Assembly: GCA_964016885.1 (NCBI GenBank)
Contig: OZ024754.1
Coordinates: forward strand, 39,928,001 to 39,992,000
Direction: 5' to 3'
Source: Eledone cirrhosa
Taxonomy: Eukaryota
DNA length: 64,000 nucleotides
The translations under genes were made by a program, and so were the position numbers. This document shows positions 45,171-58,846 of this stretch, in pieces; position 1 is the stretch's first letter, and each line of letters opens with the position of its first letter. Under the pieces are notes generated by a model. It did not search any database. It saw nothing but the letters and a program-made list of their open reading frames with translations, and was not told the origin of the DNA.

Positions 45171-45452
45171 TATTTAACTAGTAGTAGTACTAACACAGCA
45201 TAATACAAAACAATGGAAACATAAAAATATGGTTACGTATAATAAACATGAATTATGTCTCACTAAGAACTTGGTAGATTGCAGAAACCAATGTTAGCCA
45301 GATACAGCAGCCACCTTCCACCCCCACCTGTACATCTGAGAAGTTAGTAGCTCCACTTGAGTATTGTCTCAGTCGGTGACAACCTGTCCAAGCCTTGCTA
45401 GCAGAGAAAACAGACATTAGATGATGGTGATGGTGGTGGTGATGATGTATAA

Positions 45453-45497
<45 letters not shown>

Positions 45498-47343
45498 AAT
45501 GAATGTCACTTTGACTGCAAAGTTTTCCTCTCAATGAAACCCAACATTCTTCACCCCCCTCCTCCACCTATCAATTCAAGTTGTCCACTGTTAAGACAAC
45601 AATCTCTCTCATTGAGAACTTAAAAAGAAAAAAAAACAAACATTACTCATTTAAGGGGAACTCATAAACTTCCTTCAGATGACTGATAGCTCTCGAAAAT
45701 ATGTGAAAAATAAATCAACATTTAACTTTTAGCAATGATGAATTACCAGAGGGTCAAACATGCAGCAAACATACACACACTCCCTCACTCAGGGTTGGAT
45801 TAAGACCTTGCACCCACCCCCAGGGCACTTTCGCTTGGTGGGGTTCTCATACGCAAAAAATTAGATTACACAGCAACCCCCACAATTTTACATATCAAAG
45901 TTGGCTTGGTGCAAATAATAGGGAATTGAAAAGTTATACTTGCAGGTATTAAATTAAAAAATTCTAACCATCCACACTGTAAACGTGGTTGGTGTTAGGA
46001 AGGGCATCCAGCTGTAGAAAACCTGCCAGACAGTCCTATACTAGCAAGACAACCAATCTTGCCTCAAGTGGGACAATTCCCGTCTAAACCCATGCTAGCG
46101 TGGAAGATAGACGTTAAACGATGATGATGATGATGATCCTAAATCTAAAAAGCCCAGCTGAGGGCCCAAATAAATTGCTACTGCCATCTCCAGTACTTAA
46201 CCCTTTAGCATTTAAACTGGCCATATCCGGCCAGAATTCTCTCACCTGTTTCTGTTCCAACTGGCTGTAACCTGGCCACTCATACTAACGTTAAGGTATT
46301 GTTCTCAAAATAAATAATATCAAAATCTCATAGATACAATATTATGTGAGATAATTATGTGAGATAATTATGTAAGATAATTATGTGAGATAAAGCCTTT
46401 ACCATGAAAATATAATAGTAAATATAGAGTAATGTAAATGCTAAAGGGTTAAATTGGTACACTTTTTATCAATATCTATTCCTTCGATGGCTGTGTTTAC
46501 TTTGTGTTATGTCCCATTTTAGCGAGTTGACTCCTCTGAGGAAGTAGCTACAAGGAATTTAGACCAGAATATATAAACAGATATGAACACATACACAGAC
46601 ACACACAATGGACTTCTGGACAGTTACCTTCTACCAAAATCCACTCACAGGACATTGGTAAACTTGAGTGTTAACTAGAAGACGATTGTTTAACTATGGA
46701 ATAATGTAAATAATTATATTTAGAAGAAAATTGTTGATATTCATATTAATCTTTAGCATGCTCTAGGCAGCATAAGGTGCCGACAGAATAATCTCCCCTT
46801 AAATACATAATGTAGTGTCAAGGGAAGCAATTCATAAACATTTCTAGAGTGCTAAAGATTAACAAGGTATCAACTTACTACGTCTGTTTAAATATACAGC
46901 TACACTTATACATGACTTGTGTATAGTATACATACTATGACTATTAAGGGTGGTGCTTTGGCAGTATTGGTAGAGTATCAGACAACATGCTTTGTATTCT
47001 GAGTTCAAATCCCACCAATGTTAGCTTTGCCTTTTGTCCTTATGGGATTTTTCGTGTACCCTGCTGAGTATTCAAGCTGTTCCAAGCAATGCTGTTTTTT
47101 TTTGTAACTGTTCTATCTGTATTGCAATCCTTATTTGTTTAACGTACTATTATTATTATTATTATTATTATTATTAGCAGCATAGAGTTATGGCCCTTTA
47201 CGTTATGATTTCAAATACTGCCGAGGTTAACTTTGCCTTTCATCCTCACGAGGTTGATAAAATAAAGTACCACCAGTAATGCACTGGGGTAATTGCTGGC
47301 CTTGTACCAAAAGTAGAAACATTATTATTATTATTATTATTAA

Positions 47344-47572
47344 GGGCAGTGGATTGGCAGTATCGGTAGAGTGTCAGACACCATGCTTTGCACCATAGAG
47401 TTATGGCCCTTTACGTTCAGAGTTCAAATCCCACCGAGTTTAGTTTCGCCTTTCAAAACTTACAGGGTCGATGAAAAAAAGGCACCAGTAATGCACTGAG
47501 GTCGATTTAATCGACTTCTCCCTCCCCTAAAATTGCTGGCCCCTGTGCCAATAGCAGAAACAATTATTATTA
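47344..47572 (+). mobile_element. tRNA-derived SINE family A (MetaSINE-like core); other copies include 8195-8470, 9301-9522, 16980-17131, 18241-18430, 28340-28528, 35768-35945, 40565-40748, 61029-61244, 61930-62380 (all -) and 46966-47330 (+)
   Basis: TGGCAGTATCGGTAGA A box, GAGTTCAAATCC B box, GCCTTTCATCCTTACGGGGTCGATAAAATAAAGTACCAG core and (ATT)n tail. Confidence 0.88.
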
Positions 47573-47700
47573 TCAGCATTGTATACATACTTCCGGTGTA
47601 TAAAGACAGATTCTTCTACATCAAATTTCTGGGGAAAAGGTGTATTCTATACAAAAAGAGATGTTATACCTGAGAAAATGCAGTAAACAAAACTTTAGAG

Positions 47701-48285
47701 CAGGGGCGTGCAACAGGCAGCCCGTGGGCCACAATACAGCCTGCCAGACCAGTCAGAGTGGTCCCTAATGACTGTTTTTAATTTCTATCTTGTAGGCTTA
47801 TTTAGAATTTTTTCGTAACCATACATTGTGCAAAAACACCAAATACCAATCTCACTAAATTATATTTTATTTGTCTTTATTATAAACGTCGCTGGTGTTA
47901 GGATGGGCATCCAGCCGTAGAAAACCTGCCAGACAGTCATATACGAGCGAGACAACCAATCTTGCCTCAAGTGGGACAATTCCCGTCTAAACCCATGCTA
48001 GCGTGGAAGGTAGACGTTAAACGATGATGATGATGTTAAAAAATATATTCACAATGCATTTATGACTCAATTCACTGGTTTTCATTAGATTACATATTTT
48101 TGACAGTGACTGGCCCTAATAGTTGTTCCAATGAAGGGTTATGTGTGTTATAATTTCCCAGTTCCATGTTACGAGAAGAAGTTGTGGTGAATCTTTGGAA
48201 TAGTGCTTACTAAATATTTAATGGCCTTAATAGTTGTTCCAATGTTCAAAAGTGGCCCACCAATGGAATATATTGCACACCACTG
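47701..48285. mobile_element. Non-autonomous hAT (Charlie-like) element with a nested RTE 3' fragment
   Basis: TIRs CAGGGGCGTGCAA / TTGCACACCACTG; 8-bp flanks CTTTAGAG / CTTCAGAA (6 of 8 identical). Confidence 0.7.
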
Positions 48286-48599
48286 CTTCAGAACATATGT
48301 TTCTAGTAAACACACATAATTCAATGACACAGTGAAATATAGATACTCCATTTAAACCTCGCTTTTCACAATAAGGCTATAAATGAGTGTTTGCTAAAAG
48401 CACATGTACCTAAATTTAACTAACAACTGTTTATCCTAACACCATCTACTCTGCACCCATTAATTATTCATGTGACAAACATTTGCACTGTTAACAAAAT
48501 TAGGGCTGGCCACCATACTTTATCAGAATTTGTTGGTGTATACTATAAATAGCTATCAGTTATTATAGTGCTTATATTAATTAATACATACACACATAC

Positions 48600-49210
48600 A
48601 TGGTGGCTGCCAACTCGTTTTCGAGTACAGCCACTACTTTATATCCATGTAGGAGAACTCCTACCGATGCGCTGAACGAGTGTGCCATTTTAGTCCAGCC
48701 AGCGACTTGTAAACTCTGGTACAAACACTACACTTGCGACAATTATTGTCACATAGTGCTGGGCCCATGGTACCATGTAACAACAAGAGCAGAGAGATCT
48801 CCAGATATAAAGCAATGCCTGTGCCGTGAAGCTTTTATAGTGAGCAAAGGCACTGCACAAAGCCAGTCCCACTCTCTTAACCAAGATGATATTTACCAAA
48901 AAGAAGAACAAGTCAACATCATTGGATACCATCAGGGTTGCAGGTGTTATATCAGAGTTTTCCTTCTAGAATTCTGCCCTGACAAAGGCTAAGGGGTCAT
49001 CTCTCCCGATGATTTTGGATGGCCATTGACTCTTAAGAGCTCCTTTGCCCTTTGACAGGTTTTGTTTTTAGTCCTGCAGGATGTCCAAAGTCACCCTCCT
49101 CACCAAGAAACCTTGGTGGGGTTGCCAGTTTAGTCGCCAACGACCCGACCATGAGACAGGTTGTACTGGGATACATGTTACCAGTAGCACCAACTGGTGA
49201 CCTGACATAA
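48600..49210 (-). mobile_element. Probable decayed 5' region of a non-LTR retrotransposon
   Basis: GC-richer island starting at a (CATA)n tract, with a structured leader (GTGCTACTGGTAACATGTATCCCAGTACAACC...GGCGACTAAACTGGCAACCCC). No intact ORF; family assignment is from recall only. Confidence 0.4.
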
Positions 49211-49277
49211 GCATGCATACATACATACATACATACATACATACATACATACATACATACATACATACATACATACA

Positions 49278-49311
<34 letters not shown>

Positions 49312-49325
49312 CATACATACATACA

Positions 49326-49371
<46 letters not shown>

Positions 49372-49703
49372 CACACATGTGCAAATACAAAATAGACGGC
49401 TGCACATGAACCTTGGCAACGCAATCATTGGTAATTTAAGTAAGATATTTAATTATTGAGAGGGCACAATAACTTAGTAAGGTGCAGGGGCTATGATTTT
49501 ATGACTGAGTGAACTGAACTAAATGGAAAAGAGGGTACTTCGAATAACTCATATGAACAAAATGGAATATTGACCACAACACACATCGGAGGACATCTGG
49601 GGGGAGGAATATTGACCATAAGACATCTTGGGGACATCTGGAGGGAATATTGACCACAATACATCTCCAGGGACATCTGGAGGGAATATTGACCACAAGA
49701 TAC

Positions 49704-50878
49704 CTGGTGCCATGAAAAAAATACACCCAACACGCTCTGTAAAGTGGTAGTGCTGGTGCCATGATAAAATACACCCTGTACGCTCTGTAAAGTGGTAGTG
49801 CTGGTGCCATGATAAAATACACCCTGTACGCTCTGTAAAGTGGTAGTGCTGGTGCCATGATAAAATACACCCTGTACGCTCTGTAAAGTGGTAGTGCTGG
49901 TGCCATGATAAAATACACCCAACACGCTCTGTAAAGTGGTAGTGCTGGTGCCATGATAAAATACACCCTGTACGCTCTGTAAAGTGGTAGTGCTGGTGCC
50001 ATGATAAAATACACCCTGTACGCTCTGTAAAGTGGTAGTGCTGGTGCCATGATAAAATACACCCAACACGCTCTGTAAAGTGGTAGTGCTGGTGCCATGA
50101 TAAAATACACCCTGTACGCTCTGTAAAGTGGTAGTGCTGGTGCCATGATAAAATACACCCTGTACGCTCTGTAAAGTGGTAGTGCTGGTGCCATGATAAA
50201 ATACACCCAACACGCTCTGTAAAGTGGTAGTGCTGGTGCCATGATAAAATACACCCTGTACGCTCTGTAAAGTGGTAGTGCTGGTGCCATGATAAAATAC
50301 ACCCTGTACGCTCTGTAAAGTGGTAGTGCTGGTGCCATGATAAAATACACCCAACACGCTCTGTAAAGTGGTAGTGCTGGTGCCATGATAAAATACACCC
50401 TGTACGCTCTGTAAAGTGGTAGTGCTGGTGCCATGATAAAATACACCCAACACGCTCTGTAAAGTGGTAGTGCTGGTGCCATGATAAAATACACCCTGTA
50501 CGCTCTGTAAAGTGGTAGTGCTGGTGCCATGATAAAATACACCCAGCACACTCTGTAAAGTGGTAGTGTTGGTGCCATGATAAAATACACCCAGTACACT
50601 CTGTAAAGTGGTAGTGTTGGTGCCTTGATATAATACACCCAGCGTGCTTTGTAAAGTGGTAGTGCTGGTGCCATGATGAAATACACCCAGTACGCCCTGT
50701 AAAGTGGTAGTGCTGGTGCCATGATAAAATACACCCAGCATGCTCTGTAAAGTGGTAGTGTTGGTGCCATGATAAAATACACCCAGCACACTCTGTAAAG
50801 TGGTGGTGCCATGATAAAATACACCTAGTACGCTCTGTAAAGTGGTTAGTGCTGGTGCGATGCTAAAATACACTCAGT
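49704..50878. repeat. 48-bp minisatellite, ~24 copies
   Basis: Unit CTGGTGCCATGATAAAATACACCC(TGT/AAC)ACGCTCTGTAAAGTGGTAGTG. Confidence 0.95.
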
Positions 50879-51777
50879 ACATGTAACATGGTCAGCTTAA
50901 AAACAACATCTAGACACATCATCATCATTTCATTTTATGTCCGCTTTTCCCTGCTTGCAAGGGTGGGACGGGAACTGATTCTGGCTTGATTTCTACAGCT
51001 GGATGCCCTTCCTAACACCAACCTCATTTACAGTGAGTGCTGGGTGCTTTTTTGCCGTGGCACCTCCACGTCCACTTTGCAGTGGAATGATAGGGACCCC
51101 AGTCCCTATCATCTCATTTCTACAGCTGAGTAAACTGGAGCAATGTGAAATAAAGTGTCTTGCTCAAGGAAACAACACATCACCCAGTCTGAGAATTGAA
51201 CTCACAACCTTTCAATTGCAAGGCCAATGCTCTAACCACTAAGCCATGTGCCTCCACACAGAAACTCAAGATTTAACACATGAGCATGGCATGGCCATCT
51301 GACCTATTCTCAGAATGTTACAACATGTCTGACCCATTCCGGCATCGAAAAAGAAATTAAAATGGTGGTGATGATGATGATGATGATATATGTATACCAG
51401 CATCATCATCATCGTTTTAATTTCTGATTTCCCAGCTAGCAAGGGTTGGACATGTCTCCATTGACCAAGTCAGTACTGAAGTGGAGCTACTGACCTCCCA
51501 GACAGACTAGGGGTCCGTTACCTCGCTTACTTCACATTTCAGATAGAATGAAAGAGATGTTTGGGAGAAAGAAGGAAAGGACAGATGAAGGAAAGAGAAG
51601 AAAAAGAAAAAAAGGTAGGAAGGAGAGAAAGTATTTGTTGTAAGACACCTTGAATATGATTACATATTTATATATATATATACATATATACATATATATA
51701 CACACACACATACATACATACACATACATATATATACACACACACACACACACATACATACACATACATATATATAT

Positions 51778-51813
<36 letters not shown>

Positions 51814-51861
51814 TAAGAGAGTAAAACAAAGAATCCTTTAATACATCAAAAGTTTTTATTA

Positions 51862-51899
51862 GCCGACAATGTTTCGTCCTATTAAGGACTCATCAGGGC
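51862..51899 (-). ncRNA. Canonical minimal type-I hammerhead ribozyme
   Basis: GCC-CTGATGA-[GTCCT taat AGGAC]-GAAA-C att G-TC^GGC; G-C closing pair of stem II and GUC cleavage triplet. Confidence 0.9.
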
Positions 51900-52024
51900 A
51901 ATCAAAACAACAAGAGGTAATATCGGCAGATACAAGCTGTTTAACTGCATTGAGCTATACTTTTTACTGTCATTTCTATAATACGAAGAGGGTGTTTGAC
52001 TCAAACACGCTCCAGTATTCTAAT

Positions 52025-52061
<37 letters not shown>

Positions 52062-52429
52062 CATATACACATATATATATACACACACACACACATACAT
52101 ACACATACATATATATATACACACACACACATATATATATATATATACATATACCCACACACACACACACACATATATACACACATACACCCACACAAAT
52201 ACATATATATAGATACAGACACATATATATATAGATACATACATACATACACCCACACATATACATACACACACATATATATATATATACCCATACACAT
52301 ATATACATACACCCTCACAGACATACATACATATACCCACATACATACATACATATACCCACACACACATATATATACATACATAAATTCACAGACATAC
52401 ATACATATACCCACACACATACTTATATA

Positions 52430-53570
52430 CATAAATTCACACACATACATATATACATAAATTCACACACATACATATATACATAAATTCACACACATAC
52501 ATATATACATAAATTCACACACATACATATATACATATATTCACACACATACATATATACATAAATTCACACACATACATATATACATATATCCACACAC
52601 ATACATATATACATATATCCACACACATACATATATACATATATCCACACACATACATATATACATAAATTCACACACATACATATATACATAAATTCAC
52701 ACACATACATATATACATAAATTCACACACATACATATATACATATATTCACACACATACATATATACATAAATTCACACACATACATATATACATAAAT
52801 TCACACACATACATATATACATATATTCACACACATACATATATACATAAATTCACACACATACATATATACATAAATTCACACACATACATATATACAT
52901 AAATTCACACACATACATATATACATATATTCACACACATACATATATACATATATTCACACACATACATATATACATAAATTCACACACATACATATAT
53001 ACATATACCCACACACATACTTATATACATAAATTCACACGCATACATATATACATAAATTCACACACATACATATATAGATATATTCACACACATATAT
53101 ATATACATAAATTCACACACATACATATATACATAAATTCACACACATACATATATAGATATATTCACACACATACATATATATATAAATTCACACACAT
53201 ACATATATACATATATTCACACACATACATATATACATATATCCACACACACATATATACATAAATTCACACGCATACATATATACATAAATTCACACAC
53301 ATACATATATACATAAATTCACACACATACATATATACATAAATTCACACACATACATATATACATATATCCACACACATACATATATACATAAATTCAC
53401 ACACATACATATATACATAAATTCACACACATACATATATACATATATCCACACACATACATATATACATATATCCACACACATACATATATATATACCC
53501 ACACACATACTTATATACATAAATTCACACACATACATATATACATAAATTCACACACATACATATATAT
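52430..53570. repeat. 26-bp CA/TA-rich minisatellite
   Basis: Unit ATATATACATAAATTCACACACATAC. Confidence 0.92.
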
Positions 53571-53964
53571 ATATACCCACACACACATATATATACATAC
53601 ATGCATACATATATTCACACTCATATATATATATCTATATATATGTACTCAACTCCTCATATATATATATCTATATATATGTACTCAACTCCTACATATA
53701 TACATATATATCTATATATATGTACTCAACTCCTACATATATATCTATATATATGTACTCAACACATGAATGTACCATTGAAACTAACAAAACAGTCTAT
53801 GGCTGACAACCAAAGAAAACAAGAAATTCCAGTGAATTCTTGTGTTATAAATATTCAGTTTATGGATCATCTATACTTCTGGATACTACAGATCTCACTC
53901 TGGCTACTCAACTATAATGACAACAACAACAACACTGCAGAGAAAACACCTCCAACGCCACCAC

Positions 53965-55330
53965 CACCTCGACCGACCAACAACACCTCCAACACCACCA
54001 TCACCTCGACTAACAGCACCTCCAACACCACCATCACCTCGACTAACAACACCTCCAACACCACCATCACCTCGACTAACAGCACCTCCAACACCACCAT
54101 CACCTCGACTAACAACACCTCCAACACCACCATCACCTCGACTAACAGCACCTCCAACACCACCATCACCTCGACTAACAACACCTCCAACACCACCATC
54201 ACCTCGACTAACAGCACCTCCAACACCACCATCACCTCGACTAACAACACCTCCAACACCACCATCACCTCGACTAACAGCACCTCCAACACCACCATCA
54301 CCTCGACTAACAACACCTCCAACACCACCATCACCTCGACTAACAGCACCTCCAACACCACCATCACCTCGACTAACAACACCTCCAACACCACCATCAC
54401 CTCGACTAACAGCACCTCCAACACCACCATCACCTCGACCAACAACACCACCATCACCTCGACTAACAACACCACCATCACCTCGACTAACAACACCTCC
54501 AACACCACTATCACCTCGACTAACAACACCACCATCACCTCGACTAACAGCACCTCCAACACCACCATCACCTCGACTAACAACACCACCATCACCTCGA
54601 CTAACAGCACCTCCAACACCACCATCACCTCGACTAACAACACCACCATCACCTCGACTAACAGCACCTCCAACACCACCATCACCTCGACTAACAACAC
54701 CACCATCACCTCGACTAACAACACCTCCAACACCACCATCACCTCGACTAACAGCACCTCCAACACCACCATCACCTCGACTAACAACACCTCCAACACC
54801 ACCATCACCTCGACTAACAGCACCTCCAACACCACCATCACCTCGACCAACAACACCACCATCACCTCGACTAACAACACCACCATCACCTCGACTAACA
54901 ACACCTCCAACACCACTATCACCTCGACTAACAACACCACCATCACCTCGACTAACAACACCACCATCACCTCGACTAACAGCACCTCCAACACCACCAT
55001 CACCTCGAACAACAACACCACCATCACCTCGACTAACTACACCACCATCACCTCGACTAACAACACCACCATCACCTCGACTAACAACACCACCATCACC
55101 TCAACTAACAACACCACCATCACCTCGACTAACAACACCTCCAACACCACCATCACCTCGACTAACAACACCACCATCACCTCGACCAACAACACCACCA
55201 TCACCTTGACCAACAACACCACCATCACCTCGAACAACAACACTGCAGAGAAAAACAACTCCAACACCACCATCACCTCGTCTAACAACACCACTAACAC
55301 CTCAACTAACAACACTACCATCACCACCAA
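53965..55330. repeat. 33/24-bp minisatellite
   Basis: Unit CACCTCGACTAACARCACC(TCCAACACC)ACCAT. Confidence 0.93.
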
Positions 55331-55655
55331 CACCACAACCATTATTGCTGAGAAAAACGCACCAGTATCACTACTAACACTTTAACCAACACCACCACCA
55401 TTAACAACAATAATAACACCACCAACCATACCACCACTACCAACAGCAGCAGCAACAACACCTAAAAAGACAGCATGGTGTGTTAGCCAAGTTTGTCAGG
55501 GATCAATGTCATATATTGAGAACTGGAGTAGACTGGAAGTATTAAGGAAGATTCTGGAGAGGAGAAATTTATAGAAATGTCTAATACAACCAGCTCAACA
55601 GTGATAACTACTCTCTCTTCTCTAACACACACACACACACACATACATATGTATA

Positions 55656-55693
55656 TGAGTTGAAGAATCCTTCAGGTGAAACACGTGTTCTCA
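55656..55693 (+). ncRNA. Hammerhead with TTGAAGA (C3U) core, probably inactive
   Basis: TGAG-TTGAAGA-[ATC cttca GGT]-GAAA-CACGTG-TT^CTCA; related to 43933-43969. Confidence 0.55.
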
Positions 55694-57123
55694 ACTATGG
55701 TTTTCTAATTTGTTGTGGAACTATATACCAAACTCATCCTTTGAACTGAGTGCTCTACCAACTTTTGATATAACCTCCCGTTTTTTTACCACTATATATA
55801 TATTATATATATATATCGGCCTGCACGCCCAGCCAGTTGGATGGCGTTACCTTATGGCTAAAACAGCACAACGTGCTGTGACCAGCGGCGCCGATTGGCG
55901 CCCGACAGACTGGTCGGTCAAGGTGATCAAGGTGATATATATATAAATATATATATATAAATATATGTATCATCATCATCATCATTTTACGTCTGCTTCT
56001 CCCTGCTTGCAAGGGTGGGACGGGTCCTATTCAGCACAACATCGCTTCATTACGTTTATTGGTTGGTGACGCCCGTTTCGCCACTGATCAGCTCAAGGTG
56101 TGTGTGTATATCATCATCATCATCATCATCATCGTTTAACGTCCATCTTCCACGCTTGCATGGGTTTGGACAGGAGTTTTCCCACTTGAGGCAAGAGTGG
56201 TTGTCTTGCTCGTATAGGACTGTCTGGCGGGTTTTCTACGGCTGGATGCCCTTCCTAACCCCAACCACGTTTACAGTATGGAACTGGGAGGTTTTTACCG
56301 TGTTACCTACACGGCCACATTACAGCGTGGACTGTGTGATTTTTTGTCGTGACACCTACACAACCTCATTTGTTTCGGACTGGATGTTGTGGTACCAACA
56401 TAACTTTACATATATATATATATATATATACACACACATATGTATCTGCCTGTAAATTGTTAGTGCTGAGAATTGGTAAACACCACAAGTAAACACCATG
56501 AAGAGGTTTGTGTTAGGAAGAGTAACTAGCAGTAGAAGCCATGTGAGAATAGAATATATGAGCAAGACAAACATCTGACCTGTCTAGCCTCAGAACATGA
56601 CAACTTGTCTATCTCATGCCAGCATGGAAAATAGATGTTAATGCTTCTACTGTTGTGGCTGTATGTGTATATATATCATCATCATCATTTCATGTTTACG
56701 TCCGCTTTTTCCTGCTTGCAAGGGTGGGACGGGAACTGATTCTGGCTTGATTTCTACAGCTGGATGCCCTTCCTAACACCAACCTCATTTACAGTGAGTG
56801 CTGGGTGCCTTTTTTGCCGTGGCACCTCCACGACCACTTTGCAGTGGAATGATAGGGACTGCGGTCCCTATCATCTCATTTCTACAGCTGAGTAAACTGG
56901 AGCAATGTGAAATAAAGTGTCTTGCTCAAGGAAACAACACATCACCCGGTCTGGGAATTGAACTCACAACCTTTCGATTGCAAGGCCAATGCTCTAACCA
57001 CTAAGCCATGTGCCTCCATATATATATATATGTGTGTGTGTGTATATATATACATATATATAAATGAATGTATATATACACACGCACAGATATATATATG
57101 GACTTTTCCGACGGAATTACTTC

Positions 57124-57170
<47 letters not shown>

Positions 57171-57344
57171 TATATATATACACACACACATATATATATA
57201 TACACACACACACATATATATACACTATATGTCTCACAAACCTCTCTTTCCACGTTGCTTACCTCAACAATCTTAAATGCTGGAGTTATTCCAAACGGTT
57301 GTCGGAGATAACTCCACCACTCACATAATCAGATGTGAGTGAGA

Positions 57345-57730
57345 GTGGGTGGAGAGAGAAGGGGGGGGGGGGTGAGAGGAACATAGAGAGAAGGAGAGAG
57401 AGAGGGGGGAGGGACAGATGGAGAGGAACACAGAGAAAAGGAGAGAGAGACAAATGGAGAGGAATACAAAGGAGAGAGAGGGAGAGAGAGACAAATGGAG
57501 AGGAACACAAAGGAAAGAGAGAGGGTGGAGAGACAGATGGAGAGGAACACAGAGAGAAGGAGAGAAAGAGACAGATGGAGAGGAACACAGAGAGAAGGAG
57601 AGAGAGAGGGGGAGAGAGAGAGGGTGGAGACAGATGGAGAGGAACACAGAGAAGAAGGAGAGAGGGAGAGAGAGAGAGGGTGGAGACAGATGGAGAGGAA
57701 CACAGAGAAGAAGGAGAGAGAAAGAGAGAA
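57345..57730. repeat. Purine-rich GA minisatellite
   Basis: Recurring GACAGATGGAGAGGAACACA. Confidence 0.85.
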
Positions 57731-58366
57731 TGTGAAAAGTAGACAGAGCAAAGAAAAAGAAAAGAAAAACACTGCTTAAACCATCCAAGAGTAAATAATG
57801 CTATTTCCATTAATCAAAAGATCGTTTCCACAGATTTATTTAAATAAAAAATTGGAACAAACCTAAAGAAAATATTAGAAATACACAATACATACATATA
57901 TATATCATCATTATCATTTCATTTTACGTCCGCTTTTCCCTGCTTGCAAGGCTGGGACGGGAACTGATTCTGGCTTGATTTCTACAGCTGGATGCCCTTC
58001 CTAACACCAACCTCATTTACAGTGAGTGCTGGGTGCTTTTTTTGCCGGGGCACCTCCACGACCACTTTGCAGTGGAATGATAGGACCCCAGTCCCTAAAG
58101 TCCCTATCATCTCATTTCTACGGCTGAGTAAACTGGAGCAATGTGAAATAAAGTGTCTTGCTCAAGGAAACAACACATCACCCGGTCTGAGAATTGAACA
58201 CACAACCTATATATATATATATATATATATAAATATTTTATATATATATATAATATATATATATATTATATATATATATATATAATATATATATAATATA
58301 TATATATATATAATATATATAATATATATATATAATATATATATATATTATATATATATTATATAT

Positions 58367-58398
<32 letters not shown>

Positions 58399-58493
58399 AA
58401 ATATTTATATATATATATATATACAAAATATATATTTATATATACATATATATATATATTTATATATATATAATATATATTTAATATAGAAAT

Positions 58494-58545
58494 GGTTTCT
58501 ACAGGACTAGAACTGTTTCAATCGAAAGACATCATCAGGAAAGCC
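58494..58545 (-). ncRNA. Type-I hammerhead ribozyme
   Basis: GGcTTTC-CTGATGA-t[GTC tttc GAT]t-GAAA-CAG ttctagtc CTG-TA^GAAACC. Confidence 0.75.
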
Positions 58546-58794
58546 TTTACTTACTATGGTTACCCCGATTGAACCTGGGATACACACAGATATATATATA
58601 TATATATATATATATATGGGGAGGGTCATATTTGTGTAATATTGCCAGAATTAATAACAGAACACACTCCTCACTGTTTGGTTGGTTTTCGCTTCTGTGT
58701 CCTTTATATCGGTAATCTAATTTATTCGGTCCTCAATGTCTTTTATATCGCAAAACTATATATATATATATATATATATATTTAATATACAAAT

Positions 58795-58846
58795 GGTTTC
58801 TACAAGACTAGAACTGTTTCATTCAAAGGAAATCATCAGGAAAGCC
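58795..58846 (-). ncRNA. Type-I hammerhead ribozyme
   Basis: GGcTTTC-CTGATGA-t[TTC cttt GAA]t-GAAA-CAG ttctagtc TTG-TA^GAAACC. Confidence 0.7.
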
